Shown here: in pieces, positions 31,465 to 41,404 of the stretch
Position numbering within the stretch: the stretch's first letter is position 1
Layout of the letters: every line of letters begins with the position of its first letter
Assembly (NCBI GenBank): GCA_965249725.1
Contig: CBDFMQ010000002.1
Span: 2,688,001 to 2,752,000 of the forward strand
Direction of reading: 5' to 3'
Length of the DNA: 64,000 nucleotides
DNA from: Longimicrobiales bacterium
Lineage (GTDB): Bacteria; Gemmatimonadota; Gemmatimonadetes; Longimicrobiales; Gaopeijiaceae
The notes under the pieces: generated by a model
Told to the model about the DNA's origin: nothing
What the model saw: the letters and a program-made list of their open reading frames with translations, nothing else
The model's database searches: none
Position numbers and translations under genes: made by a program

Positions 31465-34400
31465 TCAGCGCCGGGCGGGCGGGAGCGCGTCGCCGGCCGC
31501 GCCGAGCCGGCCGCCGAGGGTCAGGCGGTTGCCGAGCGCGGAGCGGCTGAAGGATCCGGTCCAGGCGAAGAGCCGGCCTCCGGGGAGGCGGAGCGCGTAC
31601 TCGCCGCGCGCGTCGAGCGTCCACGGCCCGCCGTCCGCGCGGCCCGGCGGGCGGCGTCCGCGGAGCTGCTCCTCCCACAGCGCGGCGGAGCCCGCCGCGG
31701 GGCCGCCCCAGCGCGGCGACACCGAGAGCGAGAGCCCCTCGGACGACTGGCCGCCGATGCTCAGCGTGACGGCGGCGCCGCGCTCCTCGTATCCCGCGGC
31801 GGAGTGGAGCACCAGGATCCGGCCCCGCGCGTCGATCCTCACCGGGCCGCCCACGGCCCGGAGCCCGCCGGAGACCTCGAGCCCGTTGCCCGTCTGGCCC
31901 GAGCCGCACCGGCGGCGAGAGCTCGAACCCGAGGCGCTGCTGGTCGACCGCCACGGCGTGGCCGTCGACGGACTCGTCGCCCGCTTCGGTCCCGAGCCGA
32001 GCCCATGCGGCGTCGGCGCGGAGCCCGACCCAGTCCGCGAGGCGCCGTCGCACCTCGAGGAGCCCGAACCCGAGCTCGAGCCCGCTCGCGCCCCGCGCGG
32101 CGCCGGACCCGGCCCGCGTGTTCTCGGCCGTGCCCCGGCCGCCGCCCGCCATCGCCCACGCCGACGTGGCCCCGTCCGACCAGCGCAGGTAGGGATGCAC
32201 GGCCGTCAGCCCGGTGGCGAGGCGCCCGCTCGCCGAGCCGGCCCGCCAGTCGCCCGCGCCCTCGCTCCTCGAGACCGCCACGCCGGCCAGCCAGCGCGTC
32301 CCGAGCGCGCGGTCGAGTCCCACGTAGCCCGTGCGCACGTCGCCCTCGTAGCGCCGCTCCGCCGCCGGCCCGCCCACGAACGTCTGGATGTCGCCCTGGC
32401 CCCAGAGCTGCCAGCCGCCGCCTCCGTCCGCCTCCTCCTGCGAGCCGTCCCCGCCGCCGCCCCACGCGAACACGAACTCCGTGCCGCCCATCGGCGCGTC
32501 CCCTCCGAGCCCGCCGAGGCCGTTCAGGCCCAGGCTCGCCGCCAGGTCCGGAGGCGCGGCCGGGCCGTCCGGGCCGCGGGCCGCGCCCGCCGCCCAGTCC
32601 GCCAGCCGCCGCTCGGCCGTCCGCCTTGCCTCCGCGAGGCCACCGCCCGACAGGACGCGCGACCCCGCCCAGCCCGCCAGCAGCGCCTCCGCCGCCTCCC
32701 GCGCCGCCGACTTGCCCAGCGGCACCGAACGCCCCATCACCGTCAGCCGCGACCCGCGGCCCGGACGGCCCGGCCCCACCCGCCGTCCCAGCGTCATCCG
32801 CGCGCTCGCCAGGTGCGAACGCGCCATCGCCGCCAGCGTCTCCTCGACCGCCACGCGCACGATGCGGTTGCCCACCCCCACCGCGAACGTCTGCGTGGCC
32901 GCGAGCCCGCCCGGATCGCGCGCCGTCACCACGACCGCCACCGACACCGACGCCGAGCCGCCCCGGCCGTCGGAAACCCGTACGCGGATCGTGTAGCCGC
33001 CCGCCCCGGCCGGCGCCGTCCAGCGTGCCGCCGCCCCGTCGGTCGCCCCCGCGAAGCTGCCCCGCGGCGCGCTCCAGGCGTACGCCAGCGTGTCGCCGTC
33101 CGGGTCCGTCGCCGTCGCCGTCAGCCGCACCTCGCCGCCCGGAGCCACCGCGCACGGGTCGCACGACGCCGACACGGCGGGCGGCCGGTTCGTCCCGCCT
33201 CCGCCGCCGCCTCCGCCTCCGCCTCCGTCGTCGTCCGCGATCGTCACCGTCACCGAGGACGGGCTGCCCGCCCGCACCGTCGAGGGCAGCGCGCCCAGCG
33301 CCACCGTGAACGTCTCGTCGTCCGTGTCCGCGTCCTGCGCCGTCGTCACCGTCCCCGTGCCGCTCGTCGCGCCCGAGCTGATCGTGATGCTCGCGAGCGC
33401 ACCGTGGTCGCCCGCCTCCGCCGTGCCCCGCGTCAGCGTCACCGGGATCATCACGTTGCCCGACAGCGCCGCCGACAGCCGCGCCGTCACCGTCACCGGC
33501 GAGCCCTCCGCCACCGGGTTCGGCGCCGCCGATAGCCGCACCGCGGGGGTCGTCCCGCCCTCGTCGTCGGTGATCGTGAGCGTCTTGTCTCCCGGGTTTC
33601 CCACCCCGCCGCCGCTCGCCGTCCCGGACACCGTGACCGTCTTGTCCGGGGCGTCGATCGCGTTGTTCACCGCCGTGATCGTCACCGTCCCGGCGCTCGC
33701 CGTCTGGCCCGCCGCGATGGTCAGCACCTTGTTGTTCGAGAGCGTGAAGTCGCCCGGCAACGCCGGGGAGACCGCGGCCGCCGCGACGGTCACCGTCACC
33801 GCCGCGCTCGACGCGGCCGACAGCGTCGCCGTCACCGTGCTCGCCCCGCCGTTCTCCGAGATCGAGGCCGGGCTCAGCGTCAGGGTCACCGTGGGCGTCC
33901 CGTCGTCGTCGGTGATCGTGAGCGTCTTGTCTCCCGGGTTCCCCACCCCGCCGCCGCTCGCCGTCCCGGACACCGTGACCGTCTTGTCCGGGGCGTCGAT
34001 CGCGTTGTTCACCGCCGTGATCGTCACCGTCCCGGCGCTCGCCGTCTGGCCCGCCGCGATGGTCAGCACCTTGTTGTTCGAGAGCGTGAAGTCGCCCGGC
34101 AACGCCGGGGAGACCGCGGCCGCCGCGACGGTCACCGTCACCGCCGCGCTCGACGCGGCCGACAGCGTCGCCGTCACCGTGCTCGCCCCGCCGTTCTCCG
34201 AGATCGAGGCCGGGCTCAGCGTCAGGGTCACCGTGGGCGTCCCGTCGTCGTCGGTGATCGTGAGCGTCTTGTCTCCCGGGTTCCCCACCCCGCCGCCGCT
34301 CGCCGTCCCGGACACCGTGACCGTCTTGTCCGGGGCGTCGATCGCGTTGTTCACCGCCGTGATCGTCACCGTCCCGGCGCTCGCCGTCTGGCCCGCCGCG

Positions 34401-35443
34401 ATGGTCAGCACCTTGTTGTTCGAGAGCGTGAAGTCGCCCGGCAACGCCGGGGAGACCGCGGCCGCCGCGACGGTCACCGTCACCGCCGCGCTCGACGCGG
34501 CCGACAGCGTCGCCGTCACCGTGCTCGCCCCGCCGTTCTCCGAGATCGAGGCCGGGCTCAGCGTCAGGCTCACCGTGGGCGGCGGCGGCGCGCGCGTCAC
34601 CGTCACCGTGTAGGTCTTCGTCGCGATGCCGTCCTCGGCCGTCACCACGGCCTGGATGGCGTTGGCGCCCTCGTCGAGCGCGATGGCCTGGCTCGCCGAG
34701 CCGTTGGCCACCGTCATCAGATTGCCGTTGCCGGTCTTGCCCACCTGGACCGTCGCGTTGTCCTTGGCCGCCGCCGGCGTCAGCTTCACGTGGGTGACGT
34801 TGTTGGCCACCGTCTCCACCGCCGCGTAGGTCGTGGTGGTCGCGGCGAAGCGCCCTAACAGCAGCACCGAGTACGTGCCGTCGGCGCTCGTGCTGCTCCT
34901 CACGGTCAGACTGCTCAGGTTGGCGTTCGAGGACTGGGGGGCCTGGTCACAGGAAGACCCGATGCTCAGCGAGATCATGTCGCCGTCGGACCATGACACG
35001 GTGGTAGCCCACGCGAAGCGAGATGACCCGATGGCCGCTAAATTAAACGCGGTCGAGCCGACGCAGAAATTCAGGTTTTCGAAGTGACCAAGCGGACTTT
35101 TGTCAAAATTAACCTGGAGGACGCCATTTCCGATATACACCGCTTCGATCCGAAACTCGAGGGCATGTACTGTGAGATCATTGTCCGAGAGCGCTAAGGA
35201 GCAATTGTCCTGCTGGTGGTCATCGTCGTCGCAGCCTGCGAATAATGTCCCACTTTGGGCAGTGACCGTATCCACGGTCAAAGTGGCGGACCAGATGGCG
35301 GTGGTCTGCGCCGCGGCCGGAGCGGGGTTGAGTAGGGAGAGCGCCCCGAGGACGAGGACCGTCAGCGCACCCGCAAGCGTCGGCGGGCGGGACGGCCGAC
35401 GGCGGTGGCGCCCGGGACGCGCGTCAGGCCGGGAGGCGGCCAT
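31465..35443 (-). pseudogene. Autotransporter adhesin (cadherin-like, Calx-beta-like repeats, PKD-like, beta-barrel); frameshift near 31900
   Basis: Signal peptide, VTAEDGIATKTYTVTVTR, TITDDD repeats, WGQGDIQTF barrel; barrel continues GQTGNGLEVSGG in another frame. Confidence 0.8.
33561..34581. repeat. Three near-identical 342-bp (114-aa) tandem repeats
   Basis: Units start at 33561, 33903 and 34245; only isolated nucleotide differences. Confidence 0.95.
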
Positions 35444-35909
35444 CGAAGGGGCCGGTCGATGCGGCCCGCCCCGCCGCCGGGCGCACCCTCTCGGCTCGGC
35501 TCGGCTCGGCTCGAACTAACGATGTGGTGCCGTCATGTTGGCATCGTGTCAAGTACCTTCGCGGCATGGGGGGTGTTGCGATGCGGGAACCGTTCGGCCG
35601 GGATTTCCGTTCCACGCTCCGGATGTTCTCATCCAATACCCTGACAACCAACCTACCCGCGACCCGATCCCGGTCAAGGATCGGCCCGGCGGCGGACGTC
35701 GTCGGGCGAAAGCACTCGGCTCGAGGCCCAGCTCCTTCTCCAACTCGCTTTCGAGTTTGAGACGGCCTCGTTCTCTTCCTGCCGGGCATTCATTGCATAC
35801 GCGACTCGCGAGATCCCGGCTCTTGATGGCGAGCCTTCCGGTCCAGTCATCGGCGGGCGCCTCTCGTGCGGCAATGGAGGGGAACGAACCCGAGGTTGCC
35901 TGAGACCCG

Positions 35910-36122
35910 TCAAGCCGGCATCAGGCGCTCGCCCTTGGGCTCCGGCACGGCTCGTCCCAATTCCTGTGCCCTGTCGATCCAGAACTGTATTGCTTCCTTG
36001 ACGTTCCCCAGCGCGGTCTCCTGATCGGCTCCGTGCGCCATGCACCCGGGCAACTCGGGCGCCTCGGCGACGAAGGCCTGATCTTCGTTGCTCCAGTAGA
36101 GAATGATCTCGTATTTGTGCAT
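35910..36122 (-). CDS. hicB: HicB family antitoxin
   Basis: FVAEAPELPGCMAHG...EAIQFW..PEP. Confidence 0.9.
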   Translation of the reverse strand: MHKYEIILYWSNEDQAFVAEAPELPGCMAHGADQETALGNVKEAIQFWIDRAQELGRAVPEPKGERLMPA

Positions 36123-36376
36123 CAGTGGTCGCCTCCCAGTTTGTATTTGAGGATCAACCGCCGAACCTGCCTCACCTGATAGGGCTTGGCGTGCCCGCCG
36201 CGGCTTTGCAGGTTGACGATGTCAACGACGCCTTCCTTGTCGAAGAGGTGGTGGCTGCCCCGGACTCGCTCCTCGAATCCAAGATACCGCATCGGGGCGC
36301 GCAGTTCGTCGAAGCGGATGTTCGCGTCCGACCGTCCGCGGAGTATCGTCTCCACCAGCCGCTCGTGCCGACCCAT
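36122..36376 (-). CDS. hicA: HicA family toxin
   Basis: IRFDELR..LGF...RGSHHLF...AKPYQVRQV; stop overlaps the hicB start. Confidence 0.88.
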   Translation of the reverse strand: MGRHERLVETILRGRSDANIRFDELRAPMRYLGFEERVRGSHHLFDKEGVVDIVNLQSRGGHAKPYQVRQVRRLILKYKLGGDH

Positions 36377-36379
36377 GGG

Positions 36380-36540
36380 CTATCGGCGGATCCGCACTAG
36401 CCGACCGGAGCGGGCCAGGCGCAAGAGTGCCTGATTCACAGCCCACGGCACCCGAGGCGAAGCAGAGCGACCGGGGAGATCGGCGTGACGTCCGGGGAGC
36501 CCTCCGCATACTCCGTGATCCGCTCGGTTAGGCTGTTCAT
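36380..36540 (-). pseudogene. Remnant of AbiEi-like (DUF6088-type) antitoxin N-terminus
   Basis: MNSLTERITEYAEG..TPISPVALLRLG, frameshift, then AVNQALLRLARSGRLVRI*. Confidence 0.6.
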
Positions 36541-36779
36541 GCCTTCGCTCTCCGCGTCGGGAATCGTTCGACCAACATAACGCCGTCCTCCGAGGAGCAC
36601 CCGGCTTCGGGCCGGTGGAGAGTGCTCGCCGCGCGCATCCGTGGACGGCGTTCGAAGGAACCCGCCGAATCGCTCTTTAGTCGCGCGTTCGGAACCTGCC
36701 GCTCCGGGCAGACGATTCCAAGACTGTCCTCCACGCGCCGCCCCAACCGGTCGAGTTCCCTTTCCCCCGGCGGGGCGTC

Positions 36780-37529
36780 CCCGTCGCCGAGGAGGGCGAG
36801 GACCGGATACCCCGGCTCCGCGCGCGGGTGCGGCACACGACGGTGATCGTGCTACCGGCCGACGAGCGGATCCTCGACTTCGTGGCCGGCGACTCGGAGT
36901 ACTGGCACCTGACGGGCGCGGCCAACGTCGCGTACCTGAAGCCCCTGGCCGAGGACGCGGCGACGAACATCGCGCTCGTCTGCGAGTCGGGCCGCATCTA
37001 CTCGTTCCTGGTCGCCGAGCACGGCGAGGAGCCGCCACACCTGGTCGTCCGGGTCGATCCGGGCGCCGAGGCGGCGGGCGCATCCGGCGCTCCCGGGTTC
37101 GTCGCCCGGAGCGAGGTCGCGGCCTACCGTGAGATGGCGGCCCAAGCCGCCGATGCCGCGCGCTCGGCGCGCGAGGAGGCCGAGGCGGGCATCGTCGAAG
37201 CGCGTGAGCAGGCGCAAGCGGAGATCGAGGCGTTCCGGGCCTCCTATCCCGGCCGGCTCGCGTTCGAGTACCGGCTGGACGGGAAGGCGAAGGATCGTCC
37301 GTTCCTCATCGAGGCGATGTGGCACGACGGGCGGTTCACCTACATCCGCTCGCGCGCCCAGGAGTCGCCGGCGCTCTACGAACTGGAGGACGGCGAGCCG
37401 AGCCTGGTCGCGTTCGACCTCGCCGAGGACGGCCTCTACATCGCACGCCGCGTGCTGGGCGACGGGTGGCTCCGGATCGGCGACAAGCGGGCGCGCTGGC
37501 GGTTCACGCCCGGGGAAGCGCTCCGATGA
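36780..37529 (+). pseudogene. VirB9/TrbG-like T4SS protein lacking signal peptide and native start
   Basis: RHTTVIVLP, AYLKP, TNIAL, WHDGRFTYI, PALYE; upstream in-frame stop at 36678 and no signal peptide. Confidence 0.75.
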
Positions 37530-38785
37530 GCCGCTGGAAGCAGTTGGTGAAGCAGCCGAAGGGCGCGCTGCCGGGCGGCATCGTGACGAAGGCCGGGATC
37601 GTGCTGATCGCCGTGCTCGTCGGCGGCATGCTCTTCTCGTCGTCGCTCACGGGTCCCGAGGACGATGCGGCCCTTCCCGGAACCCAAGCGGAGCCGCGGG
37701 CGGTGGACGGCCGCGCGGGCCGCGCGTTCGAGGGCCGCCTCCGCGCGGAAGCGGAGCGTCACACCCAGCAGGCGGCGGTCGAGGCCCGAGCCGACCTTGC
37801 GGACCGGCAAGCCGCCGCCGCCGAGGAGGCCCTGGCCGAGGCGGAAGGCGCGGCGGTGAACCGGGCGGCCGGAATCGGCGGCGCCGAGTTCGAGCTTCGC
37901 GAGACGGTCCGGCTCGAGGAGATCGAACGCCGGACGCGCTCGCTCCGCTCGCTTCCCGTCGCGCAGTCGCACCGGGATCCCGGACAGGCCCGGAACGGCG
38001 CCGGACCGGCGAGCGGCGATACGGTTGACCGGGAACCGGAGTTCCTCGATCGCGCTCTCGAAGAGACGCTCGCGTCCTTCGAGCGGTCGCTGGCGGCACT
38101 CGAGGGCGAGATCGAGACCGGGCTGGCGAGCGGGGAGTTCCCGGCCGCCTCCCCGGGGGCTTCACCGCCAAGCTCTCGCCGCGCGCCCGGCACGGCCGAG
38201 CCGGGCCGGAGCGTCCGTGCGGAAGACCCGCCGGGCTGGGAACGGATCCGCGAGGGCTCGTTCCTCGAGGCCGTGCTGCTGACGCAGCTCTCGGGCGAGT
38301 TCCCCGGCCCCGTGCTCGCCATGGTGTCGGTACCGATGTATTCGGCCGACCGCCAGCGGGTGCTGATCCCGCGCGGCGCGCGCGTCGGCGGCGCGGCCCG
38401 GGCCGTCCAGGACCGGGACCAGAGCCGGCTCGCGGTCGCGTTCCACCGGCTGCTGCTGCCCGGCGGCAGCTGGATCGACCTCGAGTTCGCGGGGCTGAAC
38501 CAGGCGGGCGAGGGCGCGCTCAAGGACCAGGTGAGCCGCCACTACTTCTCGACGTTCGCGGCCGCCGGCGCCGTAGGCGCGCTGAGCGGACTCACGCTGG
38601 CCGGAGCCTCGCCCTACGGACTACGGGCCGGCGTCGGACAGGGGCTCGGCAACAGCGCCACCTCGATCCTCGACCGGTTCCTCAACCGGATGCCCGCCAT
38701 CACGATCCGCGCCGGCCACCGCCTGCGCATCTGGCTCACCTCCGATGTCCTGGTCCCGAGGCCCGGGACCACGCCGATCAACTGA
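37526..38785 (+). CDS. VirB10/TrbI-like protein
   Basis: N-terminal TM, GSFLEAVL, VLIPRGA, RLAVAFHRL, PAITIRAGHR. Confidence 0.85.
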   Translation: MSRWKQLVKQPKGALPGGIVTKAGIVLIAVLVGGMLFSSSLTGPEDDAALPGTQAEPRAVDGRAGRAFEGRLRAEAERHTQQAAVEARADLADRQAAAAEEALAEAEGAAVNRAAGIGGAEFELRETVRLEEIERRTRSLRSLPVAQSHRDPGQARNGAGPASGDTVDREPEFLDRALEETLASFERSLAALEGEIETGLASGEFPAASPGASPPSSRRAPGTAEPGRSVRAEDPPGWERIREGSFLEAVLLTQLSGEFPGPVLAMVSVPMYSADRQRVLIPRGARVGGAARAVQDRDQSRLAVAFHRLLLPGGSWIDLEFAGLNQAGEGALKDQVSRHYFSTFAAAGAVGALSGLTLAGASPYGLRAGVGQGLGNSATSILDRFLNRMPAITIRAGHRLRIWLTSDVLVPRPGTTPIN

Positions 38786-38804
38786 CCCCAAGGAGAACAC
38801 CATC

Positions 38805-39707
38805 ATGCGCTACCGCACACTCGCCCCCGCCCTCTTCATTCCGCTTCTACTGCTCGCCAGCCCCGCGCCTGCGAGCGCCCAATTCGGCCTCGGCGGCGTG
38901 ATCCAGCGCGCCCAGATGATCGCCAACCAGGTGACCCAGATCGCGAACCAGGTCCGCCAGGTGCGGGCGATGACCCGCCAACTCACGGAGCTCGAGAACC
39001 AGCTCGACCACATGAGGCGCGCCGCGCGCGGCGAGGTCGACGCGCTGCTCGCGCCGTTCACCCAACTCGCGGCCGGACCCGTCGGGCTCGTGAGCAACGG
39101 ACTCGCGTGGGGGTCCGACTTCCACGGCGCGGCCCGCGAGACGGTAGATGCCGTCCGGGATCTGGGCGGCGGCCGCTCGCTCACCGGACTGTGGCGCAGC
39201 GCGCAAAGCACGGCCGACCGTGTGAGCGAGGCCGACATCCTCGCGCTGTTCCGCGACCATCCGCCCGAGGCCGCGACGCGGGCGCTCGAGGACTACCGCC
39301 GCGCCCGCGTGGCCGCCGACCGGCAGCGCGTGCTCGACTACGCGACGCTCGACGCTGCGGCCGCGCTCGCCGAGACGATCGAGAGCGCGCAAGGCTCGTT
39401 CGCCGGCCTGACCGCGAACCGCAACCTGTCGAACACGGCGCTCAAGCAGGCCGGTGTGGCGGCCCCTCTGAGCCAGGGCCGGATCAACGCGGCCCTCGGC
39501 CAGGTGATGGCCCACCAGGCGGTCGAGCAGGCGAGCCGCCTGCGGCAGGCCGAACTCGCGCGCCTCGAGCACCTTGTCGAGTGGCGCGAGAGCCGGATGC
39601 GCGCGAACGCTTTTGCCGGGACCCTGCGCACCGCCGCGTCCCGCAACCGGGACGCGCTCCGTGACGGGCTGCTGTTCCGGATCCCGTCGTTCTACACGGG
39701 CAATTAG
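38805..39707 (+). CDS. VirB5/TrbJ-like secreted protein
   Basis: Signal peptide, QIANQVRQ coiled coil, position before virB6; RBS AAGGAG. Confidence 0.6.
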   Translation: MRYRTLAPALFIPLLLLASPAPASAQFGLGGVIQRAQMIANQVTQIANQVRQVRAMTRQLTELENQLDHMRRAARGEVDALLAPFTQLAAGPVGLVSNGLAWGSDFHGAARETVDAVRDLGGGRSLTGLWRSAQSTADRVSEADILALFRDHPPEAATRALEDYRRARVAADRQRVLDYATLDAAAALAETIESAQGSFAGLTANRNLSNTALKQAGVAAPLSQGRINAALGQVMAHQAVEQASRLRQAELARLEHLVEWRESRMRANAFAGTLRTAASRNRDALRDGLLFRIPSFYTGN

Positions 39708-39725
39708 GCGAGGTGAGCGTTCGCA

Positions 39726-40715
39726 ATGCAACTCCCTCCGCAGTCCATCGATCCGAACGTTCCGGCGCAGATCCCCAACGACCAGCTCCAGGACTTCAAG
39801 AGCTTCCTGGACGTGGTGCTCGATACCGTGGTCGGCGCCGCCGCGCCCGACGTGCACACGCTCGGGCTCCAGCTTTGGGGCGGGCTCGCCGCCGTGATGG
39901 TCGCCTGGACGGGCCTCAAGATCGCGTTCAGCGGCACCTTCGAGCCGTGGGCCATCGTCAAGCTCGTCATCGGGATCGCGATCCCACGCACGCTGCTCCA
40001 CTACTACATCGTCCCGATCCCCGGGGTGGGGCTCACGTTCCCGGCCATGGTGGCGGGAGGGGGGATCTGGCTCCAGAACCTGTTCATCTCCGACGTGGTG
40101 TCGGCCGGCTACACCGAGATGACGGCGCTCGTCCAGGCGTATGCCGCGCACCTGGGCGGCGCGTGGTCGGGCGGGAACCTGCTGTCGGTCATGACCGCGG
40201 GCGTGAGCGTGCTCTTCTCCTCGTTCGTGACGCTGGTGATGGGCGCCTCGCTCGTGTTCTGCCTGCTGGCGCTCTTCTGCATCACCTATGCGCAGGTCAT
40301 CTGGGCGCAGGTCGCCATCGCGATCGTGATTCTCCTGGGTCCCGTGTTCATCGCGTTCCTCTTGTTCGAGCCGCTCGCGTTCCTGTTCTGGGGATGGTTC
40401 CGGTCCCTCATGGTCTACACGCTCTACGGCGTCGTGGCCGGCGCCGTGCTCCGCGTCTTCATGGGCGTCGGCATGGGCTACATCACGACCTACGCCGATG
40501 CGCTCATGGGCACCGGCACGGCCGATGCGGCCGAGCTCTGGCTCTGGGCCGTCGTGCTTCTCCCGCTCGTCGTGTGCGGCCTCATGGCCGGACTCAAGGT
40601 CGGCGAACTCGCCTCGATGCTCGTCTCCGGCTCCGGCTCCGCCGGGTCCGGGTTCGTCGCGCTCGCCATGCAGGGAGCCAGCCGCGCGGCGGCCCCCGCC
40701 AAGCCACCCGTCTGA
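39726..40715 (+). CDS. VirB6/TrbL-like polytopic membrane protein
   Basis: Multiple TMs, LLGPVFIAFLLF..LFWGW motif. Confidence 0.8.
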   Translation: MQLPPQSIDPNVPAQIPNDQLQDFKSFLDVVLDTVVGAAAPDVHTLGLQLWGGLAAVMVAWTGLKIAFSGTFEPWAIVKLVIGIAIPRTLLHYYIVPIPGVGLTFPAMVAGGGIWLQNLFISDVVSAGYTEMTALVQAYAAHLGGAWSGGNLLSVMTAGVSVLFSSFVTLVMGASLVFCLLALFCITYAQVIWAQVAIAIVILLGPVFIAFLLFEPLAFLFWGWFRSLMVYTLYGVVAGAVLRVFMGVGMGYITTYADALMGTGTADAAELWLWAVVLLPLVVCGLMAGLKVGELASMLVSGSGSAGSGFVALAMQGASRAAAPAKPPV

Positions 40716-40735
40716 AGCCCAAGGAGATGCCGCCA

Positions 40736-41404
40736 ATGAAACGAGACCGCCATGCGGGCCGCGAGTACGCCGAGATCTGGGCCGAGGCGGTCCACGCGAA
40801 CCGGAGGCTGCGGACGATCCTGATCTTCCTCTCGGCAAGCTGCGTCCTGCTCGCCGTGATCCTGCTGCGGATCGCGGGCGCCGAGCCGCCCAGGCCCATC
40901 GTGGTCCGCGTAGACGAGGTCGGCCGCGCCGAGGCGCTCGCGTACGAGGCCGCAACCGCCCAGGCCGATCCGCTCGATCCGACGACCAAGTACTTCCTCA
41001 ACAGGTTCGTCCACGACTTCCACTCGCGCCGCCGAGCCACCGTCGAGGAGCAGTGGACCCGGAGCCTTCGGTTCCTGTCGACCGAACTCGCGAACGCCGC
41101 GTTCCAGCGGGACGGCGCGGAGGTCGCAAGCGTGGCGGCCGGGACCGCCGACACCGAGCTCCAGGTCGAGCAGGTCGTGCTCCGCATCCATCCGTCTCCC
41201 GAGCCGCCCCACGGCGCGACGGCAGACTTCGACCTCGTGCACCTCCGGGACGGACAGGAGATCCGGCGCGAGCGCTGGTCGCTCACGCTCCGGTTCGAGT
41301 TCCTCAGGTCCATCCCGCGCGAGCTGGTCGTCCACAACCCGATGGGCATCCTCGTCACCTACCTACAGGCCGACCAAGCGCTCGTGACGGAGGACTCGAG
41401 GTGA
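40736..41404 (+). CDS. VirB8/TrbF-like protein
   Basis: Single TM, PIVVRVDEVGRA, NPMGILVT. Confidence 0.85.
   Translation: MKRDRHAGREYAEIWAEAVHANRRLRTILIFLSASCVLLAVILLRIAGAEPPRPIVVRVDEVGRAEALAYEAATAQADPLDPTTKYFLNRFVHDFHSRRRATVEEQWTRSLRFLSTELANAAFQRDGAEVASVAAGTADTELQVEQVVLRIHPSPEPPHGATADFDLVHLRDGQEIRRERWSLTLRFEFLRSIPRELVVHNPMGILVTYLQADQALVTEDSR

Noticed and set aside
34850..35340. Diversity-generating retroelement target
   Set aside because: No reverse transcriptase or template repeat in the window
35600..35900. Possible gene remnant between the adhesin and hicB
   Set aside because: No recognisable motif or consistent frame
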